Sequence record: NC_052655.1
Reading direction: 5' to 3' (one strand)
Length of the DNA stretch: 64,000 bases
DNA from: Escherichia phage alia
Shown here: piece after piece, positions 28,128-38,730 of the stretch
Position numbering within the stretch: position 1 is the first letter of the stretch
Layout of the letters: every line of letters starts with the position of its first letter
Translations under genes and position numbers: made by a program
Notes under the pieces: generated by a model
The model's database searches: none
The model's input: the letters and a program-made list of their open reading frames with translations, nothing else
Told to the model about the DNA's origin: nothing

Positions 28128-29923
28128 AAATGTTTCTCCCTTTCCAGTACCTCTTGCATTTTACCTTTATTATAAGGGCGAGAGTTAGGGGCAGACAGGT
28201 ATCCTGACACTCTTCTGATTACAGATATAGATTCTTCCTCATGATTGCCACAACTTGGACACTCGAAGCCTTTAGCTGTTGCCTTAAATTCACCATGAAA
28301 ACCACATTTGAAACACTGATCTACAGGTTGGTTCACGCCAAAATAAGGAATTTTGTTGTAGGCATAATCTACAAGAGTTTCCAGTGCTTGCAAGTTATTT
28401 TTAAGGTTTGGTGTTTCTACATAACCTATGTTCCCACCATTACTGATTTGTGCAAAACCTTCCTCATAATCCCACTTTTGGAACGGGGTAGTGTGCATCC
28501 ACACAGGTTGATGGAAAGAGTTTGTCAAGTAGTCACGATCAATAGAACCAGGATAGCGATCATTTAATGCTTTGGCAAATTTATAGCACAAGGATTCTGC
28601 TGGTGTTCCATACAAACTAAAAGCTAAACCAGAACGTTCTTTAAATGTGCCACAGATATCCTTCATATATTGAAGGATGTTTTTACCCATTGCTTTTGGA
28701 TTGGTGTTACCTGGGTATAAAATCTCCATAGCTTCTGCTAAACCTACATAACCGATACTAATAGAGGCATAACCACCTTCGAATAGTTTACCAATCTCTT
28801 CATTAGCTTCTAGTCGAGCTAAAGCCCCTTCCATAAACAATGTAGGGTTTTGGGATGCTTTGGTATGTCTAATACGGTTAACACGTAGTATATGTGCCTT
28901 ATACGCCATCTCCATATGTTGTTCCAACAGTTCAGTAAATAAGATGCCCTTTTCACGGGACTCTGCTGCAATGATAGGTAAGTTTAAAGAAACTACACCT
29001 AAGTTGAAACGACCATCATATTTTTCACCTTGCTCTGTTGCATAGTATGACAAGAAGCTACGGCAACCCATGCTTGTGACGCGACCATCTGAAGATCCTG
29101 TAACTTCTTTGTTTAAAGGTACAGAGATAAAATCAGGATAAATGCGTTCAGCACAACACTCCATTGCCAGTTGCTTCAAATCATAGTTTGGATCGCCAGC
29201 TTTCATGTTAACACCATCTTCCAAGAAGAAGATAACTTTAGGAAACACAGGAGTTACCCTATCTTTTCCTAATCCTTGTTTGTGCACCATTAGGTAGTTT
29301 TTAGTGATCATTCTACCAAAAGCAGAGGTATCCAAACCTAAACTAATTGTTATAAAAGGTGACTGACCATTTACACTCATTAGGGTGTTCACCTGGTAGA
29401 TTAAAGTTTGCATTGCATCATAGACCTGTTTATCTACCATACGCATAGCAATATCATAATCGCCAACATCGGCATATATTTTGTTAAAACTTGCTTTAAC
29501 GTATTGACTAAGCCCAGTATCAATATGTGCACAAGTTTGTCCACCATATTGGCTAGAAGCTACTGCTTGAATAATTTGAGTTAGGACAGTAGTTGCTACA
29601 CCTATAGACTTTGGTTTTTCAATATGTGCATTACCAATACGGAAACCGTTCTCAAGCATATCTTGGTAATTTACCAGGCAACAATTAGTTAGAGGTGAGA
29701 GTAAATAATCTAAATCGTGAATGTGACCATACCCACTTTTGTGCCATTCTGCCAGATCATCCGGTAAAATATGGGTCATTGCCATGTGCTTGCTTAGGAT
29801 ACCTGCTAGTAAGTCTCGGTGAGTATTAACAATCATTGCAGGTTTGTTTGCATTTTCACGAGTAAATTCTTCGGATGTTTGTTCGAGGAATCCGATTACA
29901 TCCTCATATAGTTTTTGGGTCAT
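28124..29923 (-). CDS. nrdD: anaerobic ribonucleoside-triphosphate reductase
   Basis: C-terminal glycyl-radical motif 'RVSGY' preceded by the Cys cluster 'CFKCG...CPSCG'; start moved to the Met with a GGAGGA RBS (track start 29953). Confidence 0.9.
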   Translation of the reverse strand: MTQKLYEDVIGFLEQTSEEFTRENANKPAMIVNTHRDLLAGILSKHMAMTHILPDDLAEWHKSGYGHIHDLDYLLSPLTNCCLVNYQDMLENGFRIGNAHIEKPKSIGVATTVLTQIIQAVASSQYGGQTCAHIDTGLSQYVKASFNKIYADVGDYDIAMRMVDKQVYDAMQTLIYQVNTLMSVNGQSPFITISLGLDTSAFGRMITKNYLMVHKQGLGKDRVTPVFPKVIFFLEDGVNMKAGDPNYDLKQLAMECCAERIYPDFISVPLNKEVTGSSDGRVTSMGCRSFLSYYATEQGEKYDGRFNLGVVSLNLPIIAAESREKGILFTELLEQHMEMAYKAHILRVNRIRHTKASQNPTLFMEGALARLEANEEIGKLFEGGYASISIGYVGLAEAMEILYPGNTNPKAMGKNILQYMKDICGTFKERSGLAFSLYGTPAESLCYKFAKALNDRYPGSIDRDYLTNSFHQPVWMHTTPFQKWDYEEGFAQISNGGNIGYVETPNLKNNLQALETLVDYAYNKIPYFGVNQPVDQCFKCGFHGEFKATAKGFECPSCGNHEEESISVIRRVSGYLSAPNSRPYNKGKMQEVLEREKHF

Positions 29924-29934
29924 TAATCCTCCGT

Positions 29935-29964
29935 GGAAAATAAAAGCCAGCATTAAGCTGGCTT
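29935..29964 (-). terminator. intrinsic terminator hairpin (AAGCCAGC-attaa-GCTGGCTT)
   Basis: 8-bp stem followed by a T-run on the minus strand, downstream of gene 30013-30963. Confidence 0.5.
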
Positions 29965-30012
29965 TAGGGTGGATCTTTATTTTAAATCTTTTTCGTAAGA
30001 TTGTCCTTGATC

Positions 30013-30963
30013 TTAGTCAAGGTTTTTGGTAATACGTGTACAACCGTCAGAAGTCAAACCGTCAACTTGAGTTTCCCAAGTGCCATGAATATTTCGGAAC
30101 AATGTTGTTACACCTTTTGGTTCATTAATAATGATTGCCATAACAAGTTTAGGATCGATAACAGACATAATCTTTTCCTCAATACCCTCTGTAATAACAT
30201 TATTACGCACAATATTAATTACATCTTCTTGTACAGTAAGGGTACTTACGTTCTTAAGAGTATATACCTGCTGCGTAGTGTAAATGATACGAACATAGCT
30301 TACAGAACGAGTAGGCACAGGTTTACGCGGTCGGCGAAAACGTGGTTTTGGTGAAGATTCAGTCTTACTTTCATTTTTTGAATAATACTCCTCAAACAGT
30401 TTAGTAAATGTTTTTACATCAACTACAAACCGATCTTTCCTATATGGAGAATTCTTATGTGCACCATTAATACCACTGTTTTCATCGAAGAAAGTAATGT
30501 TTTCTTCAGTTGAATACATTAGATAATGATCTGCATTTTTCCAATGTGGTTGTGGACAATGAGGATTACAAACGGAAAGCAAATAACTAATATTTTCTTC
30601 CGTGGCCTCAGTATCCAGGAAACACGTATTATGCACAGTCAGTTGTACTTTTTCAGCCATATCTTTTTCTTTATCCTCTTTAGTAAGATATTCAGTACGA
30701 ATAATCTCCAGAAAACCTTCAGGTGTTACTTCCATAAATTTATATTCAGGATGAAGCTCCATATATTCAAACCCACAACCATCTAACTGCTGTAGGAAGT
30801 TAGGGTAGAAGAACAAATCATTAACACTGTGAATCAGATCATTGATTTCTGCTTCAGTTGTGTAACCAAAACTCTTGTGAATTGCTTCGTTAAGAATATG
30901 CAGGATACCCATCTCTTCTGCTGCTTTTTTAACTTCCAGTTTATTAGCGTAAAATGCAATCAT
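30013..30963 (-). CDS. hypothetical protein
   Basis: 316-aa ORF. Confidence 0.5.
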   Translation of the reverse strand: MIAFYANKLEVKKAAEEMGILHILNEAIHKSFGYTTEAEINDLIHSVNDLFFYPNFLQQLDGCGFEYMELHPEYKFMEVTPEGFLEIIRTEYLTKEDKEKDMAEKVQLTVHNTCFLDTEATEENISYLLSVCNPHCPQPHWKNADHYLMYSTEENITFFDENSGINGAHKNSPYRKDRFVVDVKTFTKLFEEYYSKNESKTESSPKPRFRRPRKPVPTRSVSYVRIIYTTQQVYTLKNVSTLTVQEDVINIVRNNVITEGIEEKIMSVIDPKLVMAIIINEPKGVTTLFRNIHGTWETQVDGLTSDGCTRITKNLD

Positions 30964-30980
30964 TATGTTCTCCTTCTAAA

Positions 30981-31415
30981 TTAGTTTAAAATTTCTTTTG
31001 CAATGGTAGAAGCAAGTTTTCCATCATATTGATTCGGATACTCTGCTTTAAGGTGTTTCATCATATCTGGCATTTTCTTGCCTGTCAAGGCAAATTCTTC
31101 AGCAATAGCTCGAAGATCATCTTCAGATAGCATTTCTGGCAAATATTTTTCCAGAGTGGTGATATCACGCATAGCTCGCTCACACTTGCTAATGGAGGCA
31201 TTAACTTTCTTAAGCGAGTCTAGTTCCTCTTTAGCGTGTGCAATACCAATCTTAACAATGTTAATCATAATATCGTCTTCTGATTTATTTAGATTTGCCT
31301 TTTGAGTACGAGCAAGGTCAAACTCACCAATAATATTAGTTAACAAAGCAAAAGCACCCTTATCGGTTGTACGTGCTAAAATACGATCTGCTTTCATTTG
31401 TGTCACAATAGACAT
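30981..31415 (-). CDS. GatB/YqeY-domain protein
   Basis: 'LEKYLPEMLSEDDLRAIAEE' matches the YqeY consensus ('LE.YLPEQLSEEEL'). Confidence 0.6.
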   Translation of the reverse strand: MSIVTQMKADRILARTTDKGAFALLTNIIGEFDLARTQKANLNKSEDDIMINIVKIGIAHAKEELDSLKKVNASISKCERAMRDITTLEKYLPEMLSEDDLRAIAEEFALTGKKMPDMMKHLKAEYPNQYDGKLASTIAKEILN

Positions 31416-31427
31416 TCTATTCTCCTC

Positions 31428-32000
31428 TTATTTGCTAATGCTTTGAGTCTTGTTTACAACACGGTTTATTGCCAGTGAAGCCCTAGGCTCTGCAATACCT
31501 GTTGCATAGATATAAGGATGACCTTTTGGAGACTCCCTCATACCGAATGAACCTAATTCTAAACCATATTCATCCTCTACGTCAACCCCAATATTAGTGG
31601 GTACTAAATATGTTTTAACTCCGTAATAAGTAGAGAAGAAACAGCGCATAGCGTTAGCATACTCTTCAATTGTAGCATCAGGGTAGAACTCAATCAACTC
31701 CAATTTCAAGAAAATATTAAAATGGGTATCATCTAAATTTTCTTCTGTGCGGTAACATGGTGTTAGTGCCATATACGGATTACCTACTGCAAATTCAAAA
31801 CCATCCTTCTCCATTTGCAGGAAAGATTGTTCTGCACTAGCTACATAGTATTTACCGTTAGGATGCCCTAATGGGCGATCCTCTTTATTTTCTGGTAGTG
31901 TATACGCCAGTATATCAGCATCCACGAGATATGGAACTTCTAACATTTGTGCAAATCGACCATAGTAATCAATAGCTTGAGCTATTACTGCAACATTCAT
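31428..32000 (-). CDS. hypothetical protein
   Basis: 190 aa; 'PCYRTEE' is reminiscent of class II aaRS motif 2 but the match is weak. Confidence 0.45.
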   Translation of the reverse strand: MNVAVIAQAIDYYGRFAQMLEVPYLVDADILAYTLPENKEDRPLGHPNGKYYVASAEQSFLQMEKDGFEFAVGNPYMALTPCYRTEENLDDTHFNIFLKLELIEFYPDATIEEYANAMRCFFSTYYGVKTYLVPTNIGVDVEDEYGLELGSFGMRESPKGHPYIYATGIAEPRASLAINRVVNKTQSISK

Positions 32001-32248
32001 GATCGACCTCCATTGCGGAATGCACGTTTAGTAATGTTTGACATAGTGATCAAATCTTGAAGCGTCATACCAGGAAAATGCTGTTCAAGAACACCTTCAA
32101 CAGCACCTACAATATCTGATAACTCAATAAGTTGCATCAGCTTGCAATCTTGATCAATAGCATCTTGAAGTTCATAAAGCTCTTCTTGAATCTTAGCAAC
32201 AGAACCATATTTCTCTTTGCTAATCTCCTTCAGATGATACCCTGCCAC
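31997..32248 (-). CDS. hypothetical protein
   Basis: 83-aa ORF. Confidence 0.4.
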   Translation of the reverse strand: MAGYHLKEISKEKYGSVAKIQEELYELQDAIDQDCKLMQLIELSDIVGAVEGVLEQHFPGMTLQDLITMSNITKRAFRNGGRS

Positions 32249-32258
32249 TTTAACCCCC

Positions 32259-33995
32259 TTAGTTTACCAGTTTATTTATGTCTGGTAAAAGATTTATTTC
32301 ACCTAAGAAATCACCTTCACCTTCCTCTAGCCAACTCTCATATGCTTGTGCATGATTATAGTTACCATCAAAAGAATCTGCAACAAATTTTTCTACAGTT
32401 TTTCGAGATGTGCCAGCGCCAAATACACCAAGTTTAATACCATTGATCGGTAAAGTGGTACTTGTGGGTACTTTCTCTGTTGCAACACGGTTGATATCTA
32501 TAATCTCCTGTACGGTTGTGTTCCATTGTAAGCATTTAACACAACGGGTATGCGCTACATACAGTAGGTTTCGCTCTGCCTCTTCTAGTCCTACCCATTC
32601 ACCAGTCTTTTTATCATAGTTGGAAGGAAAATCATTAGCAACAATAACCTGATCCCACTCCAAACCTTTAGACTTATGTGCTGTAGTCAGTGTGACTTTT
32701 GCTGTAGGAGAATTTCTATGCGTTCTAAGTGTATGTGCTATAGTGTTTGCCTTACCAGAAACTACGATGTTTAACAAGCGTTTAGCATCTGGATCAGCCT
32801 CTGCACACTCAACAAATTCATTCCAGTCTGCGTAAGGTAATACAGTTTCATGTTTTACTTTCTCAATATCTCCTCTCCGAAGAGCATTAACACTATCTAC
32901 CATAGAGATAAAATCCCTGGTATCTACGTTAATAATAATTTCTTCCCCATCTGCAATACGATCCATTGCCTCCATAAGCAAGGTTAAATTCTTGCGAAAG
33001 ATGATAGTGTAAGGTTTTGTATAGTCTACAACATCTGATTTGTAGCTACCTACTACAGTATCAAAGCCTTTACCAACCAAAGGGTGACGCAAAGGTTCTT
33101 TATCGCTTAAAATCATATTGGCAATGTTTGCCACTTTGGGGCCAAAACGGAAGCAAGCAGTTAATGGAAGCTCTGCCCCATATGTAGATGTTTCCTTCAT
33201 CATATTTTGGCTTCCACGGAACTGGTAGATGCTCTGATATTCGTCACCCACCACTACTACTTGTTTTGCAGATTTAGCATTTCGCAGAATAGACAAAAAT
33301 GCAGGGTTAACATCCTGGAATTCATCACCAAAAATAATATCATAACCAAGATCAGCACCAGACAATTCAAATAATTTTACATAGGTGTCATGCGTCATCA
33401 AAGTATCTGTGTTAGGATCGATGCGCTCTCGCCACAATTGTTTTGCATACTTAACTACTTCTGTAATTAGTTTGTGTTCGTTAATACCTTTTCTTTTAAT
33501 ATCTGCAAGATGTACACTAGGAAAATGTTTACGGCTGATAAAAGGATCATCCGAAAATTCAAACTTACCTACGGTTTGTTTGATCATTAAACCAATCATA
33601 GCACGAGTTAAAAGTGTTTTCCCTCGTTTATCAATAAGATTATTAATCTTAAATTTCTTTGCTATCTCACTACCTGTACCTGCAACGTTAACATACTGTC
33701 CTTCTGGTCGTGATAGTTTTGCACGTAAACGATGATCCAGGAATTGATAGCAAATAGAATGCAATGTACGGCATTCTACATTTAGTGGCATCTTACGTCG
33801 TGCTTCTTCTGCCATGCTTTTATTGAAAGCTAAGTAAAGAATGCGATCTTCTGTACTGTTAGCCAGCAAATAAAGTGTTGACGTTTTGCCTGATCCAGAT
33901 TTAGCTTGGATAGTTAAAAAGCGATGGTCTGGAAAAGCCTCCTTAATAGCTGTTTGCTCTTCTGTTGGAGTGAAGCTCAACTCTTTCTTAGCCAT
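32259..33995 (-). CDS. UvrD/PcrA-like superfamily 1 helicase
   Basis: Walker A 'AKSGSGKTSTL', 'VVVVGDEYQSIYQFRGS' (motifs II/III); start moved to 'MAKKELSF'. Confidence 0.8.
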   Translation of the reverse strand: MAKKELSFTPTEEQTAIKEAFPDHRFLTIQAKSGSGKTSTLYLLANSTEDRILYLAFNKSMAEEARRKMPLNVECRTLHSICYQFLDHRLRAKLSRPEGQYVNVAGTGSEIAKKFKINNLIDKRGKTLLTRAMIGLMIKQTVGKFEFSDDPFISRKHFPSVHLADIKRKGINEHKLITEVVKYAKQLWRERIDPNTDTLMTHDTYVKLFELSGADLGYDIIFGDEFQDVNPAFLSILRNAKSAKQVVVVGDEYQSIYQFRGSQNMMKETSTYGAELPLTACFRFGPKVANIANMILSDKEPLRHPLVGKGFDTVVGSYKSDVVDYTKPYTIIFRKNLTLLMEAMDRIADGEEIIINVDTRDFISMVDSVNALRRGDIEKVKHETVLPYADWNEFVECAEADPDAKRLLNIVVSGKANTIAHTLRTHRNSPTAKVTLTTAHKSKGLEWDQVIVANDFPSNYDKKTGEWVGLEEAERNLLYVAHTRCVKCLQWNTTVQEIIDINRVATEKVPTSTTLPINGIKLGVFGAGTSRKTVEKFVADSFDGNYNHAQAYESWLEEGEGDFLGEINLLPDINKLVN

Positions 33996-33996
33996 T

Positions 33997-34473
33997 TCAA
34001 CCTCTCTTAATTTGTTTAACAAGCATAGGAACAAAATCTCGTTTTAAAATTTGTTCAATAATATGATCAGGTAGCTGTTGGAAATTATAATTAAAAGCTA
34101 CTGTCTCACCTTTAGGTGTTTCTACCCGCACATATAACATGTTACGAAGTTTATCCACTTGTGCTGTGTATTCTAAACCATGTAATTGATGCATTGCAAA
34201 CATCAAATCATCAGTTTCAGTTTGGAATCTATCCCTTCCCTGCATCAAGGACAAGGAAAAAGGTAGATTTTCTCTAAGAGCCACCTTCTTAGGCACTAGT
34301 GAAGGGAAATATTCCCCAATAACTGCCTGTGTAAGCTGAATACACTCTTTTTCAAGCTGGTTTTGTTCCTTGAGTTCACAAACACTCTTTTGTAAAGTGT
34401 TAACCTCTTTTTGCAAAGCTGCTAGTTGAGCACTTAACTTTCTTTTTTGATTACGACCAAAACGTTTAGACAT
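33997..34473 (-). CDS. hypothetical protein
   Basis: 158-aa ORF with a coiled-coil-like N-terminus. Confidence 0.45.
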   Translation of the reverse strand: MSKRFGRNQKRKLSAQLAALQKEVNTLQKSVCELKEQNQLEKECIQLTQAVIGEYFPSLVPKKVALRENLPFSLSLMQGRDRFQTETDDLMFAMHQLHGLEYTAQVDKLRNMLYVRVETPKGETVAFNYNFQQLPDHIIEQILKRDFVPMLVKQIKRG

Positions 34474-34482
34474 ATTTTCCCC

Positions 34483-34998
34483 CTAGTAAAACCCTTTAAC
34501 AATCTGTATTAACTCGGCACAACGGTTGACCAACTTTTCCTCATACAATACACGTTGTGGCATATGTTGTATAATATACTCCATTTGCTCATGCCATGTC
34601 CACTTTTCTTTTTTGTCTGGGATAACATCACTAGCACGAGAATTATCTTTTAATGTTTGTATAATCCAATTGCTTGGAAAGTGCTCTCCACCTTTCTTAA
34701 ATGGTTTATAGTGGCCTAGAGTGAATTGAGAATCCCCTGTTAGAGCACCCAATTTATTTAGATGGATAATCAAACTACGAAACACATAATATTCATAAAT
34801 GTTATCCACCGTATAGCAAGCATAATATTTCAAGATGCCCTTATCTCGCGGATACTTACCAACATCCAGATTGCACCAGTTGACATTTTCTGGATCATAG
34901 TGGTGTTCCTTAAGCCATATTTCTCTTTCATCAAAGTCTGGATATATTACCGCTCTGCTTACAGAGTCAACAAGTGGGGATTGAGCATCAAAAAACAT
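34483..34998 (-). CDS. hypothetical protein
   Basis: 171-aa ORF. Confidence 0.45.
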   Translation of the reverse strand: MFFDAQSPLVDSVSRAVIYPDFDEREIWLKEHHYDPENVNWCNLDVGKYPRDKGILKYYACYTVDNIYEYYVFRSLIIHLNKLGALTGDSQFTLGHYKPFKKGGEHFPSNWIIQTLKDNSRASDVIPDKKEKWTWHEQMEYIIQHMPQRVLYEEKLVNRCAELIQIVKGFY

Positions 34999-35019
34999 TA
35001 TATTTTCCTTATTGGTTTG

Positions 35020-35385
35020 TTAAACGTTTTCTAAATCTTTTAAGGCATTACCCAACGTTAGAACAATAACATCGTTTGCTGCCTCTTCCCCGTTGATATT
35101 GGTGAAATTTGGTGTGACAAAAGTAACCATATAAAACTCGTCCACCTGGAAGACAGCAATAACACCATCCATCTTAACATCTTGACGAAAGGAAAAACCA
35201 ATCATCTTCTCTTGCAAAGGCATATCCCCTTCCTTCATTACCGCTAGGGAGTTTTCAGGAATGTTATATTTATCTGCTCCGATGTAGATGTACGTAATGT
35301 TATCTTTATCGTGATGATACAGGGTTGCTTTTTCCATATCTAAACCTGACAGATCAAATACGTTAATTTCTTGTGTAGTCTTCAT
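35020..35385 (-). CDS. hypothetical protein
   Basis: Start moved to internal 'MKTTQEINVF' with a GGGAGGA RBS. Confidence 0.4.
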   Translation of the reverse strand: MKTTQEINVFDLSGLDMEKATLYHHDKDNITYIYIGADKYNIPENSLAVMKEGDMPLQEKMIGFSFRQDVKMDGVIAVFQVDEFYMVTFVTPNFTNINGEEAANDVIVLTLGNALKDLENV

Positions 35386-35773
35386 AAATATCCTCCCAAA
35401 TCCAATAATCATCTGTGTAAGTAGGATGCCTTTTATCCCACTCTGCTCTAGCCCAAGCAACCGCTGCTACCAACACATCACCATGACAAGGTTGAGGTGC
35501 GCAGAAGCAAACTAAGTCTTTCCCTTCTAATTCTAACAAATCATCAAGAGTGATTTTACCACAACGAATTTGTTTCCACAACCACTCTTTATATCTTTGT
35601 ATAGTTGACCCTCGTGGTTCATCATCCTTTAACTTAAAAGGATTTGCAAACTTTGAGGCTTTTAACCCCATAAGAGGCATAGCTCTGCCAATGTAAACTG
35701 CACCTTCAGGTATTACTTTACCTAAGTGGTAAAAATTTAATACTTTCATATTAACCCAAACACATCTGTGCAA
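35363..35773 (-). CDS. DUF4326-like protein
   Basis: 'GRAMPLMGLKASKFANPF...DLVCFCAPQPCHGDVL' resembles the DUF4326 family. Confidence 0.4.
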   Translation of the reverse strand: MHRCVWVNMKVLNFYHLGKVIPEGAVYIGRAMPLMGLKASKFANPFKLKDDEPRGSTIQRYKEWLWKQIRCGKITLDDLLELEGKDLVCFCAPQPCHGDVLVAAVAWARAEWDKRHPTYTDDYWIWEDIYEDYTRN

Positions 35774-36101
35774 TCAAGCCCTGTATAAATTTATTAGCTT
35801 CTTTACTGTCGTAGTCAGTCTCTTCTGGATATCCATCTTCATCGTACACAACTGTACCTTCAATATACCCTGCCTCAATTAAGGCGCGGATCATATCAAA
35901 TTGCCAGCATGAGTTACCAAATGGACGTTTACCATTAAAACACTCTTCTTCTCTCCATAACGTAGAGAGTAGTTGTCGGAAATATTCCCGTACAGTGACA
36001 GTACCAAGATCTGAATCCTCAAACATAACATCCAGGGCATCAGGATTGCTTTTCTCTACATAAGGAATGTATTTAACACCATTAATAGTTACATCAAGCA
36101 T
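35751..36101 (-). CDS. hypothetical protein
   Basis: 116-aa ORF. Confidence 0.4.
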   Translation of the reverse strand: MLDVTINGVKYIPYVEKSNPDALDVMFEDSDLGTVTVREYFRQLLSTLWREEECFNGKRPFGNSCWQFDMIRALIEAGYIEGTVVYDEDGYPEETDYDSKEANKFIQGLIAQMCLG

Positions 36102-36464
36102 TTATTTCTCCTTATCATCATATTCTAGGAACATGTCTGCACGATATGCTTTACGCTCTTCAAACTTAGCAGGATTTACAACAATAAGCAATACAAGGTT
36201 AACATCTAAATACTTCTTAACAAATAGAAATAAATCTTTTCCACAGTTAAAACCTACACCAGTATAGGCATCCCCATATTGATCTACTGATTTAATCTTC
36301 TTACTAACCGTACATTCTATGCTATTCTTTTCTTCTTGGTATAAGGCTTTCCCACCCCAATATGTAAAGAATTTAGTACCGTCAGCACCAAGTTTAAAAC
36401 CTTCTGTTGCATGTCCAGCAAATGAAAGTAAACATAACCAAGTGATCATCAGGTACTTTAGCAT
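36102..36464 (-). CDS. hypothetical secreted protein
   Basis: Signal peptide 'MLKYLMITWLCLLSFAGHA' at the internal Met. Confidence 0.45.
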   Translation of the reverse strand: MLKYLMITWLCLLSFAGHATEGFKLGADGTKFFTYWGGKALYQEEKNSIECTVSKKIKSVDQYGDAYTGVGFNCGKDLFLFVKKYLDVNLVLLIVVNPAKFEERKAYRADMFLEYDDKEK

Positions 36465-36465
36465 T

Positions 36466-36948
36466 TTAACCACCCAATTGCAAATGTTTAGAAAGAACAA
36501 TATCCCATTGATCACCACAACCGTTATCTATGCGGAACATAATGTACGTATCATCTTCTTCTACAATATACCGTACCTCATAGGAATTACAACAGCCTTC
36601 CCAATTTTTAACGGCTTCTGGTGTATGATGTGTAAGAATTTCATTACCATCATATGACCAAAACAAAGGAGTAAGGTTTTCGAAGGTCAGTGAAGTAGGG
36701 TTTACTTCATCTTTAACTGCTTCCTCATATTCTTTATGCGTTTGTACTGCTTTAGTTAGTGTACTCATGTCTATCTCCTTTTCTCCTTCTTGACTATGGA
36801 GGATAGCAAACTCTCTAAACTCCACTTCACGCCATGTTTTCAGGTAGTGCTTTATAATTTTATCAACATCTGCCTGTTCAACATTACTTTTCAAGCAATA
36901 GTAATCATGGTCTTCGCCCATTCTACCCCATATGCTATACATTGTCAT
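36466..36948 (-). CDS. hypothetical protein
   Basis: 160-aa ORF. Confidence 0.45.
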   Translation of the reverse strand: MTMYSIWGRMGEDHDYYCLKSNVEQADVDKIIKHYLKTWREVEFREFAILHSQEGEKEIDMSTLTKAVQTHKEYEEAVKDEVNPTSLTFENLTPLFWSYDGNEILTHHTPEAVKNWEGCCNSYEVRYIVEEDDTYIMFRIDNGCGDQWDIVLSKHLQLGG

Positions 36949-37216
36949 CTGATTGATCCTTTACATTGTCCTTGGCATACACAGGAATAACATCATCATG
37001 ATCTTTATTACTTTCATCTGTTAAAGCCCAAAACAACTTACCTGCTGGATGTTTAAAGATGTAAGCAATAGGTTCCTCTTCCTGTGCTTCTTTGCTACGG
37101 ATGCCATCCCGCCAGGCAAGCCAAGTGTAGATCATCATCTCTTGACGTTCTTCTTCATTAGGCCACAGATGTGGTAGAAAGTTTTTATCAAACCATTGCT
37201 TAAACTCTTCAGTCAT
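36935..37216 (-). CDS. hypothetical protein
   Basis: 93-aa ORF. Confidence 0.4.
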   Translation of the reverse strand: MTEEFKQWFDKNFLPHLWPNEEERQEMMIYTWLAWRDGIRSKEAQEEEPIAYIFKHPAGKLFWALTDESNKDHDDVIPVYAKDNVKDQSDDNV

Positions 37217-37451
37217 AATCTACTCCTTAGCGTACAAAGTTAACTTCTGCTTCTTTCAGCTTTGACACTTCTACATAACCACCATGATCATCTTTAATCC
37301 ATTCTTTTCCTTTACGGATGATAACAGGGTAGGTAGAGTGAGTAAGTTTAGGTACAGATCTTTTTGTTTTAGTAATAGAAATGTTTTGCATAGTAGTCTC
37401 CTTAGTAAATTTTACATAGAGTCTAGCTTATTTAGTAGATAGAGTCAATAA

Positions 37452-37718
37452 CTAATTACTGTTAGATCTGTACTCTGTCTTCCATTCACAATGGTAAACT
37501 TCAACAGGTTCTAACTTCCAATGTTCAGGAACTAATTCAGGACAATATCTACAAAAGAGAAATAGATAGATAACTAAGACAGGTATTAAATAGTAAAATG
37601 GTATACGATCATAACCATACTTACGAGATAACATGTAGACATATAGATAGGGTATAACAATTAATCCTATAACTATAAGTAAGAAGAGAAGTATAAACCT
37701 TAGTGTAGTAACATCCAT
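37452..37718 (-). CDS. hypothetical membrane protein
   Basis: Two hydrophobic helices. Confidence 0.4.
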   Translation of the reverse strand: MDVTTLRFILLFLLIVIGLIVIPYLYVYMLSRKYGYDRIPFYYLIPVLVIYLFLFCRYCPELVPEHWKLEPVEVYHCEWKTEYRSNSN

Positions 37719-37882
37719 AGTATTCTCCTATACAGTAATATACTCTGTTCCTGCCCCTCCATGAGTGACAGGAACAATATCTATAGAGAATACTAACTCG
37801 CTTCGCTCGTCACCTTTCAGGTTTAGGGTAGCATGTTTTTCTGAAAAAGTCAATACTCTCCACAAAACTTTACAAAATACTT

Positions 37883-38155
37883 TTACATAGGTACAACAGA
37901 GTCTGTTTTGAAGTCGTACATATGATTTACACCTGTGATTTTTGACATAGAGATTGCACGTTTAACACCTGCAATTACCTGGTCTGTCTTCTTAATCTCT
38001 TCACGGAACTTACGTACAGTTAGAGAGAAGAAACGATGATCCATCCATTGACGATTCACACGATCACGCTTGAAGTGACGGAAATCTTCAATCTGCTTAT
38101 TGCGCAATCGGCGCAGTACATGCAATAGTTGATAGTAAGGGTGTTTATTTTTCAT
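37883..38155 (-). CDS. hypothetical protein
   Basis: 90-aa basic ORF. Confidence 0.4.
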   Translation of the reverse strand: MKNKHPYYQLLHVLRRLRNKQIEDFRHFKRDRVNRQWMDHRFFSLTVRKFREEIKKTDQVIAGVKRAISMSKITGVNHMYDFKTDSVVPM

Positions 38156-38158
38156 AAA

Positions 38159-38587
38159 TTATTCTCCAAATCGAAAGTCGTCAATATCATCAAACCATAC
38201 ACAATGGCGAGTCCTTTCTTTTTCTGTTGCAGACATTGTTTCAACAGCTTTAGGACTAAGCACAACAGGAATGTAACGAACAGGTCGTTCATAATAGTAG
38301 CCATACTTTTCTGTATTAGCTGCCTCAAAGACTTTACGGCGTTCTTCAAGATCTTCTATGGTGAATCCTACCATATAACCATCATGTTTGCTACCCCATC
38401 CTTCCTCACTTTCAACAATCGGGATATAAAAGCCGTTACGCGTCCCTGACGCTGGTTCTTCTTGAGCCTGAAGGCAAGCCTCCCATCCTGCTTTAAAGAT
38501 GTTATAGAGCGATTTACGCACGTTATGAGTGCCGCTTTCGCTTGCTGGATAGAGTTCATTAAATTTGTCTTGGATTTGTTGCGTCAT
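38159..38587 (-). CDS. hypothetical protein
   Basis: 142-aa ORF. Confidence 0.45.
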   Translation of the reverse strand: MTQQIQDKFNELYPASESGTHNVRKSLYNIFKAGWEACLQAQEEPASGTRNGFYIPIVESEEGWGSKHDGYMVGFTIEDLEERRKVFEAANTEKYGYYYERPVRYIPVVLSPKAVETMSATEKERTRHCVWFDDIDDFRFGE

Positions 38588-38730
38588 ACTCGCCCCTTAG
38601 TGATTATTTGACCAGCTAAACAAATAGCTTGCAGTACAGTAAAGAAATAGCCTAATTTTACACCACCCAATACCCAGAATGCAATGTTTGCAAACAAACA
38701 AAAAGCAATATTAAGTCTAAAGAATAACAT

